Numbered from the stretch's first letter, positions 8,699 to 18,523 are shown. The stretch is 64,000 nt of DNA from an uncultured Actinomycetota bacterium (GCA_963826365.1 CAWGXA010000014.1:285-64284); one strand, 5' to 3'. The notes: generated by a model not told the origin, from the sequence alone. Numbers and translations are program-made.

Positions 8699-8803
8699 GC
8701 CGTCCGTGTCGTGGCAACACAGTTATATGGAGATCGACCCGCTGTGCCGAGTCCTTCCACGAGAACCTGCTTGACCTCAACCCGGCCGGACATACTGGAC
8801 AAT

Positions 8804-9418
8804 ATGTACATTCCCGCCCATTTCGCCGCCGACGAGCAGGCCGTCGACGACCTGTTGACTCACCACGGTGCCGCTGACCTGATCACTGCAACACCGCGGG
8901 GCGTGGTCGCTACCATGCTGCCGTTCGTCTATGACCCGGGCATGAGAACCCTTCGTGGTCATCTCGCCCGCAACAATGACCAGTGGCGGCGCCCGGTGGT
9001 TGGCGAGGCTCTGGTCATCGTGCGGGGACCAGATGCGTACATTTCCCCGGCCTGGTATCCGAGCAAGGGCGAGCACGGACGTGTGGTGCCCACTTGGAAC
9101 TACGTCACTGCGCATGTCTATGGGCGACTCGCAGTGCACGATGACCCGGCCTGGGTCGAACAGAATGTGCGTGATCTAACCGACCGCCATGAGGCTGGGC
9201 GACCGCAATCATGGTCCGTCGACGACGCGCCGCCACAGTTCATCGAGGGTCAACTACGCGCCATTGTGGGAGTGGAATTGCTGATCACCCGCATCGAGAC
9301 CAGTTTCAAGCTCAGTCAGAATCGACCAGCCGCTGACGTCGATGGCGTGATCTCAGGATTAATCGCCAACGGACACGAAGACGCTGCCCAAGCGGTGCAG
9401 CGAGCGCGACCGGCATGA
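8804..9418 (+). CDS. PaiB/KtzT family ('FMN-binding negative transcriptional regulator') protein
   Basis: MYIPAHF start, GHLARNN, YISPAWY, VPTWNY, FKLSQN. Confidence 0.9.
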   Translation: MYIPAHFAADEQAVDDLLTHHGAADLITATPRGVVATMLPFVYDPGMRTLRGHLARNNDQWRRPVVGEALVIVRGPDAYISPAWYPSKGEHGRVVPTWNYVTAHVYGRLAVHDDPAWVEQNVRDLTDRHEAGRPQSWSVDDAPPQFIEGQLRAIVGVELLITRIETSFKLSQNRPAADVDGVISGLIANGHEDAAQAVQRARPA

Positions 9419-9592
9419 GATCGACTTCGCTTCTTAATGATGGCCCGCACGCAGCGCCTAACCTCGCATTGCCGCGGTCACCTGAGGACGGGTGAGCTGG
9501 TTCCGGCGCGGCCTTTGACAAGCAGTTCACGGCGGGCACGCGTGCGGTAGGAATCGGCGGTGGGAGCGCGGTGCCTAGGCTACGATCGCTGG

Positions 9593-10987
9593 GTGCAAGC
9601 GAGGGCAACCGGCGCGACGTCGGGGGGACATTACGAGCAGCTAGTCCGGCGCCAGCGTGCCGAATTGCAAGACGCGTACTTGAAGGGCGTGCGCCGGCTG
9701 CGATGGGACGCAGGGCGTCTCGCCGCAGAACGCGAACGGCTTCTTCGGGAGCTGCTGATGTATGCCGCTGAGCACTCGCCGTTCTGGCGGGAACGACTGG
9801 CAGGCCACGACCTGGCGAACTTCACCGAGGCCGACCTCCCCTCGCTGCCAATCCTGACCAAGGACGAGATGATGACGGAGTTCGACCGGATTCTCACCGT
9901 CCCCGGGTTGACCCGCGCCCGCGTCAAAGAACACATCGATTCGCTGGACGGAGACCGGTACATCGACGACGAGTACCGGGCAATCGTCAGCTCTGGATAT
10001 GCCGGAACCGAGGCCTACCACGTCTACGGCTGGGACTCGTTCGTCACCTTCGTTATGCAGGGCTCCCGGTGGACCGGGCGCCGAGGCGAAGATCCGGCGG
10101 CGGTATTGGCCCAGTGCTTCAGTTGCAGCGCCAGGCATGAATCAGGGGCGTTCTACGCCTTCAGCAGCTTCGAGGGCGGCGGTCCGACGTCGCACTGCTT
10201 CGATGCCACACTCCCCCTGGACGTCATCGTCGACCGTCTCAACAACATCCGCCCTTCGGTGCAGGCCCTCCAAGGATGGCCGAGCCTCATCTGGGAGCTG
10301 GCTTCCGAGGCGAAGCAAGGACGACTCACCATCACACCGACCTGGGTCAGCGTGGCGGGAGAACTCTGCACTGCGCCCGTAAGAGAGGCAGTGCGGTCCG
10401 CGTGGGGCATCGAGGCTTCCGAGTTCTGGGGCTGCTCAGAGGGGACCTACGCGTTCCCCTGCGGCGTCGGAGAAGGCAAGCACGTCGCCGACGATCTGGT
10501 CATCCTCGAGCCGGCGGATGCTGACGGCAACGTCGTACCCTACGGGCAGCCTGCCGAACGGATGCTGTTGACCAACCTGTTCAACCCGGTACAGCCGCTG
10601 ATCCGCTACGACCTCATCGACGCGGTGACGATGACCGACGAGCCGTGCCCATGCGGTTGCGCTCATCGTCGCATCACATCGGTCAACGGTCGGATCAATG
10701 GAGTGTTCGAGTACGAAGGCGGTGCCGTGGTGCCCCGCGCGGACTTCGAGCAGACTGTCGTTGCCACCCCCGGCGTCGTCAACTTCTTCATCGGCCAGAC
10801 GCAGGGTGGTGTCGACGTGTCCGTCGTGACCGATGGTTCCTCCGACCTCCAGCGTCTTCGGGAGGACCTGATCGACGTACTCCGCCGGCACGGCGGGCCG
10901 GAGTCGGACGTCACTGTGCTCGAGGTCGATTCCATCAAACGACTGTCGAGAGGAAAGTCGAAGCAGTTCGACACCGAGGCGATCTAG
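9593..10987 (+). CDS. Phenylacetate-CoA ligase (PaaK/CapK-like) family AMP ligase
   Basis: SPFWRERL, LPILTKDEMM, GWPS, AGE, WGCSEG, LTNL..QPLIRYDL; start at GTG 9593 behind a TACGAT -10 (leaderless). Confidence 0.8.
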   Translation: MQARATGATSGGHYEQLVRRQRAELQDAYLKGVRRLRWDAGRLAAERERLLRELLMYAAEHSPFWRERLAGHDLANFTEADLPSLPILTKDEMMTEFDRILTVPGLTRARVKEHIDSLDGDRYIDDEYRAIVSSGYAGTEAYHVYGWDSFVTFVMQGSRWTGRRGEDPAAVLAQCFSCSARHESGAFYAFSSFEGGGPTSHCFDATLPLDVIVDRLNNIRPSVQALQGWPSLIWELASEAKQGRLTITPTWVSVAGELCTAPVREAVRSAWGIEASEFWGCSEGTYAFPCGVGEGKHVADDLVILEPADADGNVVPYGQPAERMLLTNLFNPVQPLIRYDLIDAVTMTDEPCPCGCAHRRITSVNGRINGVFEYEGGAVVPRADFEQTVVATPGVVNFFIGQTQGGVDVSVVTDGSSDLQRLREDLIDVLRRHGGPESDVTVLEVDSIKRLSRGKSKQFDTEAI

Positions 10988-12264
10988 CGGCCGGCCATGG
11001 CCTTGTCCAGCGCCTGGTCGATGTCATCGATGATGTCGTCGATGTGCTCGATCCCGATGGACAGCCGGATCGTCTCCGGCCGGATACCGGCCTTCATCAG
11101 CTCCTCGTCGGACAGCTGGCGGTGGGTGGTGGAAGCCGGATGGATGGCCAGGGTCTTGGCGTCTCCCAGATTGAGCAGCCGCTTGACGAGCTGGAGCGCA
11201 TCGAAGAAGGCCAGGCCCGCCTCGTAGCCCCCCTCGGCCCCGAAGGTGACGATGGACGGTACGCGCCCGTGGAGGTAGCGCTCGACCAGGTGGTGGTAGG
11301 GGTGGTCCGGGAAGCCGGCGAAGCTCACCCAGGCAACCCGGGGGTCGGCGGCCAAGTAGTCGGCCACCGCCCGGGCGTTAGCCTCGTGACGCTCAAGTCG
11401 CACGGCCATCGTCTCGAGGCCCTGGAGCAGCATGAAGGCGTTGAAGGGGGAGAGGGTGGCTCCGCTGTTGCGCAGCTGGGTTGAGCGGGCCCGCACGATG
11501 AAGGGCCGCTCGGGAAAGTCGCGGGCGAAGACGACGCCGTGGAAAGCGGGCTCGGGCTGGTTGAACATCGGGAAGCGGTCGGGATAGTCGGCCCACGGGA
11601 ACCGGCCGCCGTCCACGATGGCCCCACCGAGCGTGGTGCCGTGGCCGCCGACGAACTTGGTCAGCGAGTGGACGACCACATCGGCCCCGTGCTCTAAAGG
11701 CTTGAGCATGAGCGGGGTGGCCACCGTGTTGTCCACGATGAGGGGGACGCCGGCCGCGTGGGCCACGGCGGCCACCGCCTCGAGGTCCACGATATTGCCA
11801 GCCGGGTTACCGATGGTCTCGCAGAAGACGGCGCGGGTGTTCTCGTCGATGAGTGGGGCGATCGACTCGGCTCGGTCGTCGACGGCGAAGCGGGCCTCGA
11901 TGCCCAGGGTGGGCAGCACGTGGGCGAAGTAGGTGAAGGTGGCCCCGTAGAGCTGGGGCGCCACCACGAAGTTCGAGCCTGCGCTGGCTACCGTCAGGAT
12001 GGCGTAGCTGACGGCGGCCATACCTGAAGCCACCACCAGGGCCGCTGTACCTCCTTCGAGAGCGCAGATGCGTTGCTCGAGGACGTCCAAGGTCGGGTTG
12101 TTGAGCCGGTTGTAGTGGAAGCCGGGCGTCTCCAGGTCCAGCACGGCGCCGGCGTGTGCCGCGTCGATGAAGTCGTGGGCAACCGTCTGGTAGATGGGCA
12201 CGGCCACGGCCCGCGTCCCGTCGGGTGTGTAGCCACCGTGAATGGCAATGGTCTCGTCGCGCAT
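10984..12264 (-). CDS. metY: O-acylhomoserine sulfhydrylase/aminocarboxypropyltransferase (MetY-like PLP enzyme)
   Basis: VPIYQT, YNRLNNPT, ETIGNP, DNT, HSLTKFVGGHG (PLP Lys), NLGDAK, HPASTTHRQL, IRLSIGIE. Confidence 0.9.
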   Translation of the reverse strand: MRDETIAIHGGYTPDGTRAVAVPIYQTVAHDFIDAAHAGAVLDLETPGFHYNRLNNPTLDVLEQRICALEGGTAALVVASGMAAVSYAILTVASAGSNFVVAPQLYGATFTYFAHVLPTLGIEARFAVDDRAESIAPLIDENTRAVFCETIGNPAGNIVDLEAVAAVAHAAGVPLIVDNTVATPLMLKPLEHGADVVVHSLTKFVGGHGTTLGGAIVDGGRFPWADYPDRFPMFNQPEPAFHGVVFARDFPERPFIVRARSTQLRNSGATLSPFNAFMLLQGLETMAVRLERHEANARAVADYLAADPRVAWVSFAGFPDHPYHHLVERYLHGRVPSIVTFGAEGGYEAGLAFFDALQLVKRLLNLGDAKTLAIHPASTTHRQLSDEELMKAGIRPETIRLSIGIEHIDDIIDDIDQALDKAMAGR

Positions 12265-12267
12265 GGC

Positions 12268-13263
12268 TCAGGCGCTCCTCTTCTCGATGGTGCCTAACAG
12301 CCTATTCGGGATGGTGCCCAACAGATTGGCGTACAGACGCAAGGCCGCGCCCCGCCACGGCCAGGGGGCGCGGGCGCAGACCTCGTCGAAGGGGAAGGCG
12401 GCCACCAGGTCCGGATCCCGCTCACCGCCCACCACCCGCTCGTGCAGCCGGCGGAGCCCGTCCCAGTCCGAACCGGCCACGCAATCCCTTGGGAGGCAGG
12501 GCAACTCGTCGCGCTCGTGGCCGGCGTAGCGCCGCACGTCCCGGACGTACTCGCGCACGAGGCTCGAGGGATCGTACTCGGGATGACACTGGACCAACAC
12601 GACCTCGGACCGGCCAACCGTTCTCGTGGCCACGCTCCACCCCACCTCCTCCGACTGCAGGGCCACCGCGTAGCCGGCGGCGACCACCGCCTCTGCGGGC
12701 ACGGCGTTGAGCCGCGAGTGGGGCAGCACGACGGGACCGCCGAACCCGGCGGCCAGCGGGTGAGTCGGGTCGGCCTGCTGGGCGAAGACGCCGGTGCACT
12801 TGACCGGCAGGGTGGTCCGTTCAACGCCGTCGAAGACGGCAAGGGCGGCGTGGGCCGACAGGCAGGACAGCACCATGGCCGGCACGTTCTCGCTCCCCCA
12901 CTTCAGCAGGCCGTGCAGATCGGACCAGTAGGGCTCGTCCTCGATGCGGGACTCGATCGGGTTGGCGCCGGTCACCACCAGCAGGTCCGGGGGGTCCGAG
13001 GTGATGTCGTCGAGGGGACGGTACTCGGCGGCGATACGGGCCCGGATCCGCTCGCCCCGGGGCACCCCGGCCATGGTGTGGCGGGTCAGGGCGACCGTCT
13101 CACACCCGGACCCGGCGTCCAGCAGGCCAACGAACTGTCGCTCGGTGGCGCCGAAGGCGGCGTCGGGCATGTTGTTGACCAGGGCGCACGTCCATCGCAC
13201 GGGCCCCTCGGCCCCGTCCGCCGCCGCCCCCGCGTCGTGGGCCCCGGCCAGTCGGACGCCCAC
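12268..13263 (-). CDS. metA: Homoserine O-acyltransferase, MetA (HTS) fold
   Basis: LVNNMPDAA, TERQF, VTGANP, PYW, SCLSAHAAL (Cys nucleophile), PHSR, QCHPEYD (His-Glu). Confidence 0.85.
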   Translation of the reverse strand: MGVRLAGAHDAGAAADGAEGPVRWTCALVNNMPDAAFGATERQFVGLLDAGSGCETVALTRHTMAGVPRGERIRARIAAEYRPLDDITSDPPDLLVVTGANPIESRIEDEPYWSDLHGLLKWGSENVPAMVLSCLSAHAALAVFDGVERTTLPVKCTGVFAQQADPTHPLAAGFGGPVVLPHSRLNAVPAEAVVAAGYAVALQSEEVGWSVATRTVGRSEVVLVQCHPEYDPSSLVREYVRDVRRYAGHERDELPCLPRDCVAGSDWDGLRRLHERVVGGERDPDLVAAFPFDEVCARAPWPWRGAALRLYANLLGTIPNRLLGTIEKRSA

Positions 13264-13266
13264 CGC

Positions 13267-14541
13267 TCAATGCCTCACGTCGGTGTAGGTCACAGTGACC
13301 TCCTGGTGGAGCAGCCGGTAGGCCATCTGCAACTGCTCCTCGTTGTCGGTCGAGCCGACCACGGCCACGATGTGGTTGCCGGAGCCGTCCCGCCAGTCGA
13401 GGGCGGCCCCCGGAGCCTGGTGGACGCTCACCGTGTCCACCTCGGCGTGGTCGGTGAAGTCGTTGATGCCCTCGATGGCCGTCACCGTGGCCGAGACGGT
13501 CGGCGGCTGCAGGAAGAAGCGGTAGCCGATACGGTCGGTGGCCACGGGCCCGTCGACGGACACCGACTCGCCCAGGGCCACCCGCAGGGTTAGGTCGAGC
13601 AGGCTGACGCCGGCGGCCCGCTCCAGCATCTCGGGCACACCGCCGCCCAACCGCCCGTTGACCTCGATGATGCGGGGGCCGTCGGGTGTGAACTTGACCT
13701 CGGTGTGCAGGCACCCGGTACGAACCCCGAGGGCGTCGATGGCCCGGGTGGCTAGGTCCAGGACGGCCGAGCGGCTCGCAGCATCGAGGGCGGCGGGGAT
13801 GAAGAACCCGGTCTCACGGAAGTTTCCGGCCGGCGGAAAGCGGCCGGTCAGGGCCAGGTGGCTGATGGCGCCGTCGGCCACCACGCTCTCGACCGACACG
13901 TAGCCGGCGTAGGGGTCGCTGGCCCGGGCCGGATCGTCGGCCAGGTAACCCTCGAGGACCATATCGGGGCGGCCCGGGCCGAGGGCGTCGAGCAGCTTCT
14001 CGAGCTCGGCACCGTCGCGGGCCAGGAAGGTGTTGCGGCTGCCCTGGGCCGAGCGGGGCTTGAGGACGGCGGGCCACCCCACCTCTGCCTCGACGGCCAA
14101 GAGCTCGCGCGCGGACTGGTCGGGGCGGACGAGGTGGCAGGGGGGCATGTCGAGGCCGGCCGCGGCGAGGGCCCAGCGTTGGCGGGCCTTGTCGGTGAGG
14201 GTGGCGGCAGTCGCCCGGCTGTGGAAGGGTAGGACCAAATCCTCTGCCACACAAGCAAGTTCGACCATACCGGCGTCGAGGTAGGTGGTGATGCCGTCGG
14301 GCTCCCAGTCGGCCAGGGTCTTGACCGCCTGCTCGGTGCTCATGCCGCCGAGGTCGACAACGGCGCCGAACCGGTTGAGGAGACCGGCCATCTCGCCCAT
14401 CCCCGGCACGGACGTGTCGATCATCCACAGCAGGTCGCACAGGCCGGCGGCCGCTTCGGCCAGCTGCATCACTGGAACGCAACGCGGCCCGTAGCCCACC
14501 GCCACCAATGGCCGAACCCGTCCGGTCGTGTAATCCGTCAT
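13267..14541 (-). CDS. ATP-grasp amino-acid ligase, paralog 2
   Basis: DKARQR, WPAVLKPRSAQGS, VLEGYL, SVES, LHTEVKFTPDGPRIIEVNGRLGGG. Confidence 0.9.
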   Translation of the reverse strand: MTDYTTGRVRPLVAVGYGPRCVPVMQLAEAAAGLCDLLWMIDTSVPGMGEMAGLLNRFGAVVDLGGMSTEQAVKTLADWEPDGITTYLDAGMVELACVAEDLVLPFHSRATAATLTDKARQRWALAAAGLDMPPCHLVRPDQSARELLAVEAEVGWPAVLKPRSAQGSRNTFLARDGAELEKLLDALGPGRPDMVLEGYLADDPARASDPYAGYVSVESVVADGAISHLALTGRFPPAGNFRETGFFIPAALDAASRSAVLDLATRAIDALGVRTGCLHTEVKFTPDGPRIIEVNGRLGGGVPEMLERAAGVSLLDLTLRVALGESVSVDGPVATDRIGYRFFLQPPTVSATVTAIEGINDFTDHAEVDTVSVHQAPGAALDWRDGSGNHIVAVVGSTDNEEQLQMAYRLLHQEVTVTYTDVRH

Positions 14542-14545
14542 GTGC

Positions 14546-16382
14546 TCAGCCGATCACGGCCTCGACGCAGGCCTGGGCGTCGTAGACGGCCCGGAGGCGG
14601 CTGCGGGGCGAGGGCAGGTAGTGGGTGAAGTAGCGCACTCCCTCGGTGAGCACGCCCAGCACGGAGAGGTTGGGCTGGAGCCGGCCCTCGGTGTCGTAAG
14701 GGTGGAATTCTTCATTGATGGCCACGCTGCCCACGGGCGTGTCACCGTAGGTGAGCTGGGTCAGCCTTCCCTTGGCGTAAAGACGGTTGAGCAGGGGCGA
14801 GCCCGACCGGGCCAGCGAGGGCATGTCGAGATAGCCCCGCACCACCCCGTCGACCGTCACGGCCGTCGGCTCGTCGAGGGCCGTGGAACTCAGGCGGATG
14901 CCGTCGGGGCATGGGGGCCAACTCCGGGTCAGGTCCGAGCGGGATGCGCACCACTCCTGCGTCGAGCAGCCCCAGCAGCTGCTGGGAGCGCATGGGTGGC
15001 ACGCCCGCCTCCAGGCGGTTGATGCGGCCGCGGACGTTGGACTGAAACTCGACGTAGGAGTCAAGGGAGAGGCCACCGAACTCGATGACCGAACGCAGCT
15101 GGTCCCGGAGGATGCGCAGCACCTCCTGGGCCGCCTTGACCGGGCTCCCCCCGGGTCGCAGGGCCTCGGTGAGGTCGTCCTCGATCATGTCGTAGGCCTG
15201 GCCCTGGTAGTCGGCGGCCGATGTGTAGTGGCGGTCTGACCCGGCGAAGAGGTGGGTGGCCGGGTCGAAGCGCCCGTAGCGCGGCTCGAGACCGTCGACG
15301 ACCTTCTCGTAGTGCCCGTCGATCCAGCCTTGGCGGAGGAGGGTGCGGACCTCGGTCGACTGGACGTCGCCTCCGGCCAGCAAGGCGGCCTGGATGTAGT
15401 AGCGCGCTTGCATCTCGGCGAAGATGAGCGGGAGAAGCTCGGCGCGGAAGTCCACGTGGCGCCGCACCTGCGACCCGCCCGGATTGGTCAGCGCCGCGAA
15501 CTCCTCGGGGGTGCACACCACGGGCTGGTACTGGCCGTAGGGGTCGACGCCGGTGGCCGACTTGGCGCAGTACGGCGCGCCCGAGCGCGAGTAGAGGGTG
15601 ATGGTCGGCTCCCGGCCCGAGGGCAGGTAGCGCATGCGGTCGGCCCGGTCGCACCGGTCCTCGAAGGTCCCGCCTCGTCCGATGGTGAGGGCGGTGAGGA
15701 CGTCGAAGCCGACCAGGCCCATGCCGGCCACGGCCACCGAGGATCCGGCCGGAGCGCTCTGGTCGAGGCACTCGATGGGGTAGGGCTGCAGGTAGTGCAC
15801 GCCCCCGTCGGCCCCGCGCTCCTGGTTCCAGGTGTGCCCCGAGGTCAGCACCACGTGGTCGACGGTGAGGGTCGTGCCGTTGTCGAGCAGCACCGCCTCG
15901 CGCCCCTGGAGGGCCTGCGAAATGTCGACGGCTGCTGCATAGTGTCGGACGATCTCGAGGTTGGGCGGGGCGTAGGCGACCAGCGTGTCATAGAACCAGG
16001 CCAGGTACTCGCCCATCAACCGCCGTGGCAGGTAGTCGGTGGGCAGGATGGGGTCACCCCCGGCGCCGATACGGCACTCGTAACCCACCCAGCGATAGCC
16101 GCGGACCACCGCCCACGGGTGCAGGCCCACGGCGTAGGGGGGGAGGGCGTCCCCGTCGGGGGCGACGTAGAGGGAGAGCTGACCGCAGGCGTTGTTGAGC
16201 ACCAAGAAGTCGGGCTGCTCGGCGGAGTAAACCCCGCCTCCGAGCTGAGCGGGCTCGACCAGGTGCAGCCGCACCGGCGTCCCCACCTGCCGGGCCCGGC
16301 TCACCGTGCGCTCCATGACGCACAGACCCCACGGGCCGAGCCCGACGATGGCCATCTCGATCATCGGACGCGTCCCATCCAC
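14546..16382 (-). pseudogene. FAD/NAD(P)-binding flavoprotein (CreE/FzmM-like family) split by one frameshift near 14913-14917
   Basis: IVGLGPWG, LNN..QLSLY, VVLTSGH, VAGMGLVGFD, LYSRSG; ORF 14742-16382 continues in the frame of 14546-15076 (DGIRLSSTAL...LGVLTEG); total span 1837 nt = 3n+1. Confidence 0.8.
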
Positions 16383-16749
16383 GCCGAAGAATGCTCGCGC
16401 GAGGAGCGGCCGAACCCGTCACGTTGTTTGCGCGCACACGTGTTCAGGCACCTACGTGGCATTTCTGCCTGTGTGGCCACCAACGACATGTGCTCCTCCT
16501 AACGGAAGCAAGCCCAACCCGTGGGTTGTTGCGCCGACGCTTGGGTGCGAAGGTATGTGTATACCGATGGTGCACCTGAGAACGCAGCTTACATACCATT
16601 AGACGATAATAGAAGCGGATAGCCGATATTTAGTTTGTGCGAGTGCAGAAAGCATCAGCACCCAAGGAAGACTGAGTAGTGAACAGACCGCGCGGTTTTG
16701 TGAGGCAGTTCCCCGCGGAGATATCAGCCTGACCTGCGTGAGTGCGCGG

Positions 16750-17200
16750 TGCGGATGCTCGGGGTTGATCTTCACGAACGCGGTAGGTGGCGCACTTCGG
16801 TGGACATCGTTCCGGTCGCGTGTGTGGCGTCCGGCCTTAGTGCGGACTGGGTTGCGCTTGGGTAGGTGCTTGAGACCGACGGCAAATTCGCGGCAGTGTG
16901 GTCGAACTAGCTGGGTCGCACCACGGTCGAAAACTTCGTAGCGAGCCTGAGTCTGTTCACCACGTTGCCAGGGCTCAACACGGCGGTCTCAGATTCCACG
17001 ATCTCAGACACGTACGGGACGTGGCTGACCTACGACGGGATCGTTCCCAACAAGCTAGCGAAGGTCATGGGGCACGAAGATATCGCCACGACGATGCAGT
17101 CGTATGTTCGGCGAACCGAGGACCACGATGCGATGCGTAATCGTGACGCCGACCAATCGAATCGGAATGCTGCGGTTCTGCTGCCTGACTGGACAGGAGA
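16750..17200 (+). pseudogene. Tyrosine integrase C-terminal remnant
   Basis: GLIFTNAVGGALRWTSFRSRVWRPAL / HVARAQHGGLRFHDLRH / TYGTWLTYDG...VMGHEDIATTMQSY in three frames, with an internal stop; HxxR, H and Y catalytic residues visible. Confidence 0.85.
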
Positions 17201-17281
17201 ACGCAGTGTGGAGCAGACCAAACAAACCCGTCCCTGGCCTTCGATGCAGGTCAGGAGGCATCTGCCATCTCGTCCAACGCG

Positions 17282-17355
<74 letters not shown>

Positions 17356-17416
17356 CTTGAAGCCACGACAGCGTATCGCACCGGCCCATTGGCTTACTAA
17401 ACCGCTGGCTGCGGGG

Positions 17417-18523
17417 CTACGTCCACGCGCAATTTCGCTCGAATTCGACCAGCGCCTCGGCAGGACCGGTGAGATCGAGCCCCTGCTCGCTGACCCAGTC
17501 GTCATTGAAGTAGGTGTCGGCGTAGCGGTCGCCGCTGTCGGCGAGCAGGGTGACCACCGAACCGCTGCGCCCGGCCGAGACCATTTCGGCCAGCAGTCCG
17601 AAGGCGCCCCACAGGTTGGTGCCCGTCGACGGCCCCACCCGACGCCCCAGCACGGCGCTGACATGCCGTGCTGCCGCGATTGACGCCGCATCGGGGACCG
17701 CGATCATGCAGTCGACCACGCCGGGCAGAAACGACGGCTCAACACGCGGCCGGCCGATGCCCTCGATTCGCGATGACGTGGGCATGACGATGTCGTCGCG
17801 GCCTTGTGCGTAGGACGGGAAGAACGCCGAGTTCTCCGGGTCCACGACGCACAAGCGGGTGGCGTGGCGCCGGTAGCGGATGTAACGGCCGATCGTCGCG
17901 CTGGTCCCGCCCGTGCCGGCGCCAACCACGATCCACTCGGGGATCGGATGCTGCTCCTCGCGCATCTGCGCAAAGATCGACTCGGCGATGTTGTTGTTGC
18001 CACGCCAGTCGGTGGCACGTTCGGCGTTGGTGAACTGGTCCAGGTAGTGCCCGCCGGACTCTTGCGCCAAGCGTTCGGCCTCGGCGTACACCTCGCTCGA
18101 GTTCTGCACGAAATGGCAACGGCCGCCTTGTGATTCGATCAACGCCACCTTGGACGAGCTGGTGGTCGCCGGCACCACGGCGATGAACGGCAGGCCCAGC
18201 AGGGAAGCAAAGTACGCCTCGGATATCGCCGTCGACCCCGAGGACGCCTCGACGACCGTAGTGCCCTCGCCGATCCACCCGTTGCAGAGTGCATACAAGA
18301 ACAGTGATCGCGCCAGCCGGTGCTTGAGGCTGCCGGTGATATGCGTGCTCTCGTCTTTGAGGTAAAGCGCGATGCCAACATCCCCGCCCCACGCCGAGGG
18401 CAGCGGATAGCGCAGCAGGTGTGTGTCGGCGCTGCGACGCGTATCGGCCTCGATCAGCCGAATTGCGTTGTCGGCCCAGCTTCTTGGCAGGCTGCGGTCC
18501 GCGATCTGGCTTCGATCGCTCAC
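17417..18523 (-). CDS. cds1: PLP-dependent cysteine desulfhydrase/cysteine synthase family (Rv3684 ortholog)
   Basis: [33 protein letters not shown] overlap with the upstream gene gives 368 aa. Confidence 0.9.
   Translation of the reverse strand: MSDRSQIADRSLPRSWADNAIRLIEADTRRSADTHLLRYPLPSAWGGDVGIALYLKDESTHITGSLKHRLARSLFLYALCNGWIGEGTTVVEASSGSTAISEAYFASLLGLPFIAVVPATTSSSKVALIESQGGRCHFVQNSSEVYAEAERLAQESGGHYLDQFTNAERATDWRGNNNIAESIFAQMREEQHPIPEWIVVGAGTGGTSATIGRYIRYRRHATRLCVVDPENSAFFPSYAQGRDDIVMPTSSRIEGIGRPRVEPSFLPGVVDCMIAVPDAASIAAARHVSAVLGRRVGPSTGTNLWGAFGLLAEMVSAGRSGSVVTLLADSGDRYADTYFNDDWVSEQGLDLTGPAEALVEFERNCAWT

Larger units (their letters stand above)
1..17281. mobile_element. Degenerate genomic island at the 3' end of tRNA-Pro(CGG); left boundary not visible, probably outside the window
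   Basis: Non-core genes begin right after the tRNA 3' end; tyrosine integrase remnant abuts the tRNA; M. tuberculosis synteny holds only to the right of the tRNA. Confidence 0.75.

Noticed and set aside
16383-16740. Possible SAM riboswitch ahead of the metA/metY-containing operon
   Set aside because: No SAM-I or SAM-IV core recognisable by eye; an Infernal scan would be decisive
1-17000. Second att site (tRNA-Pro 3' duplication)
   Set aside because: No copy seen on reading; probably outside the window or eroded
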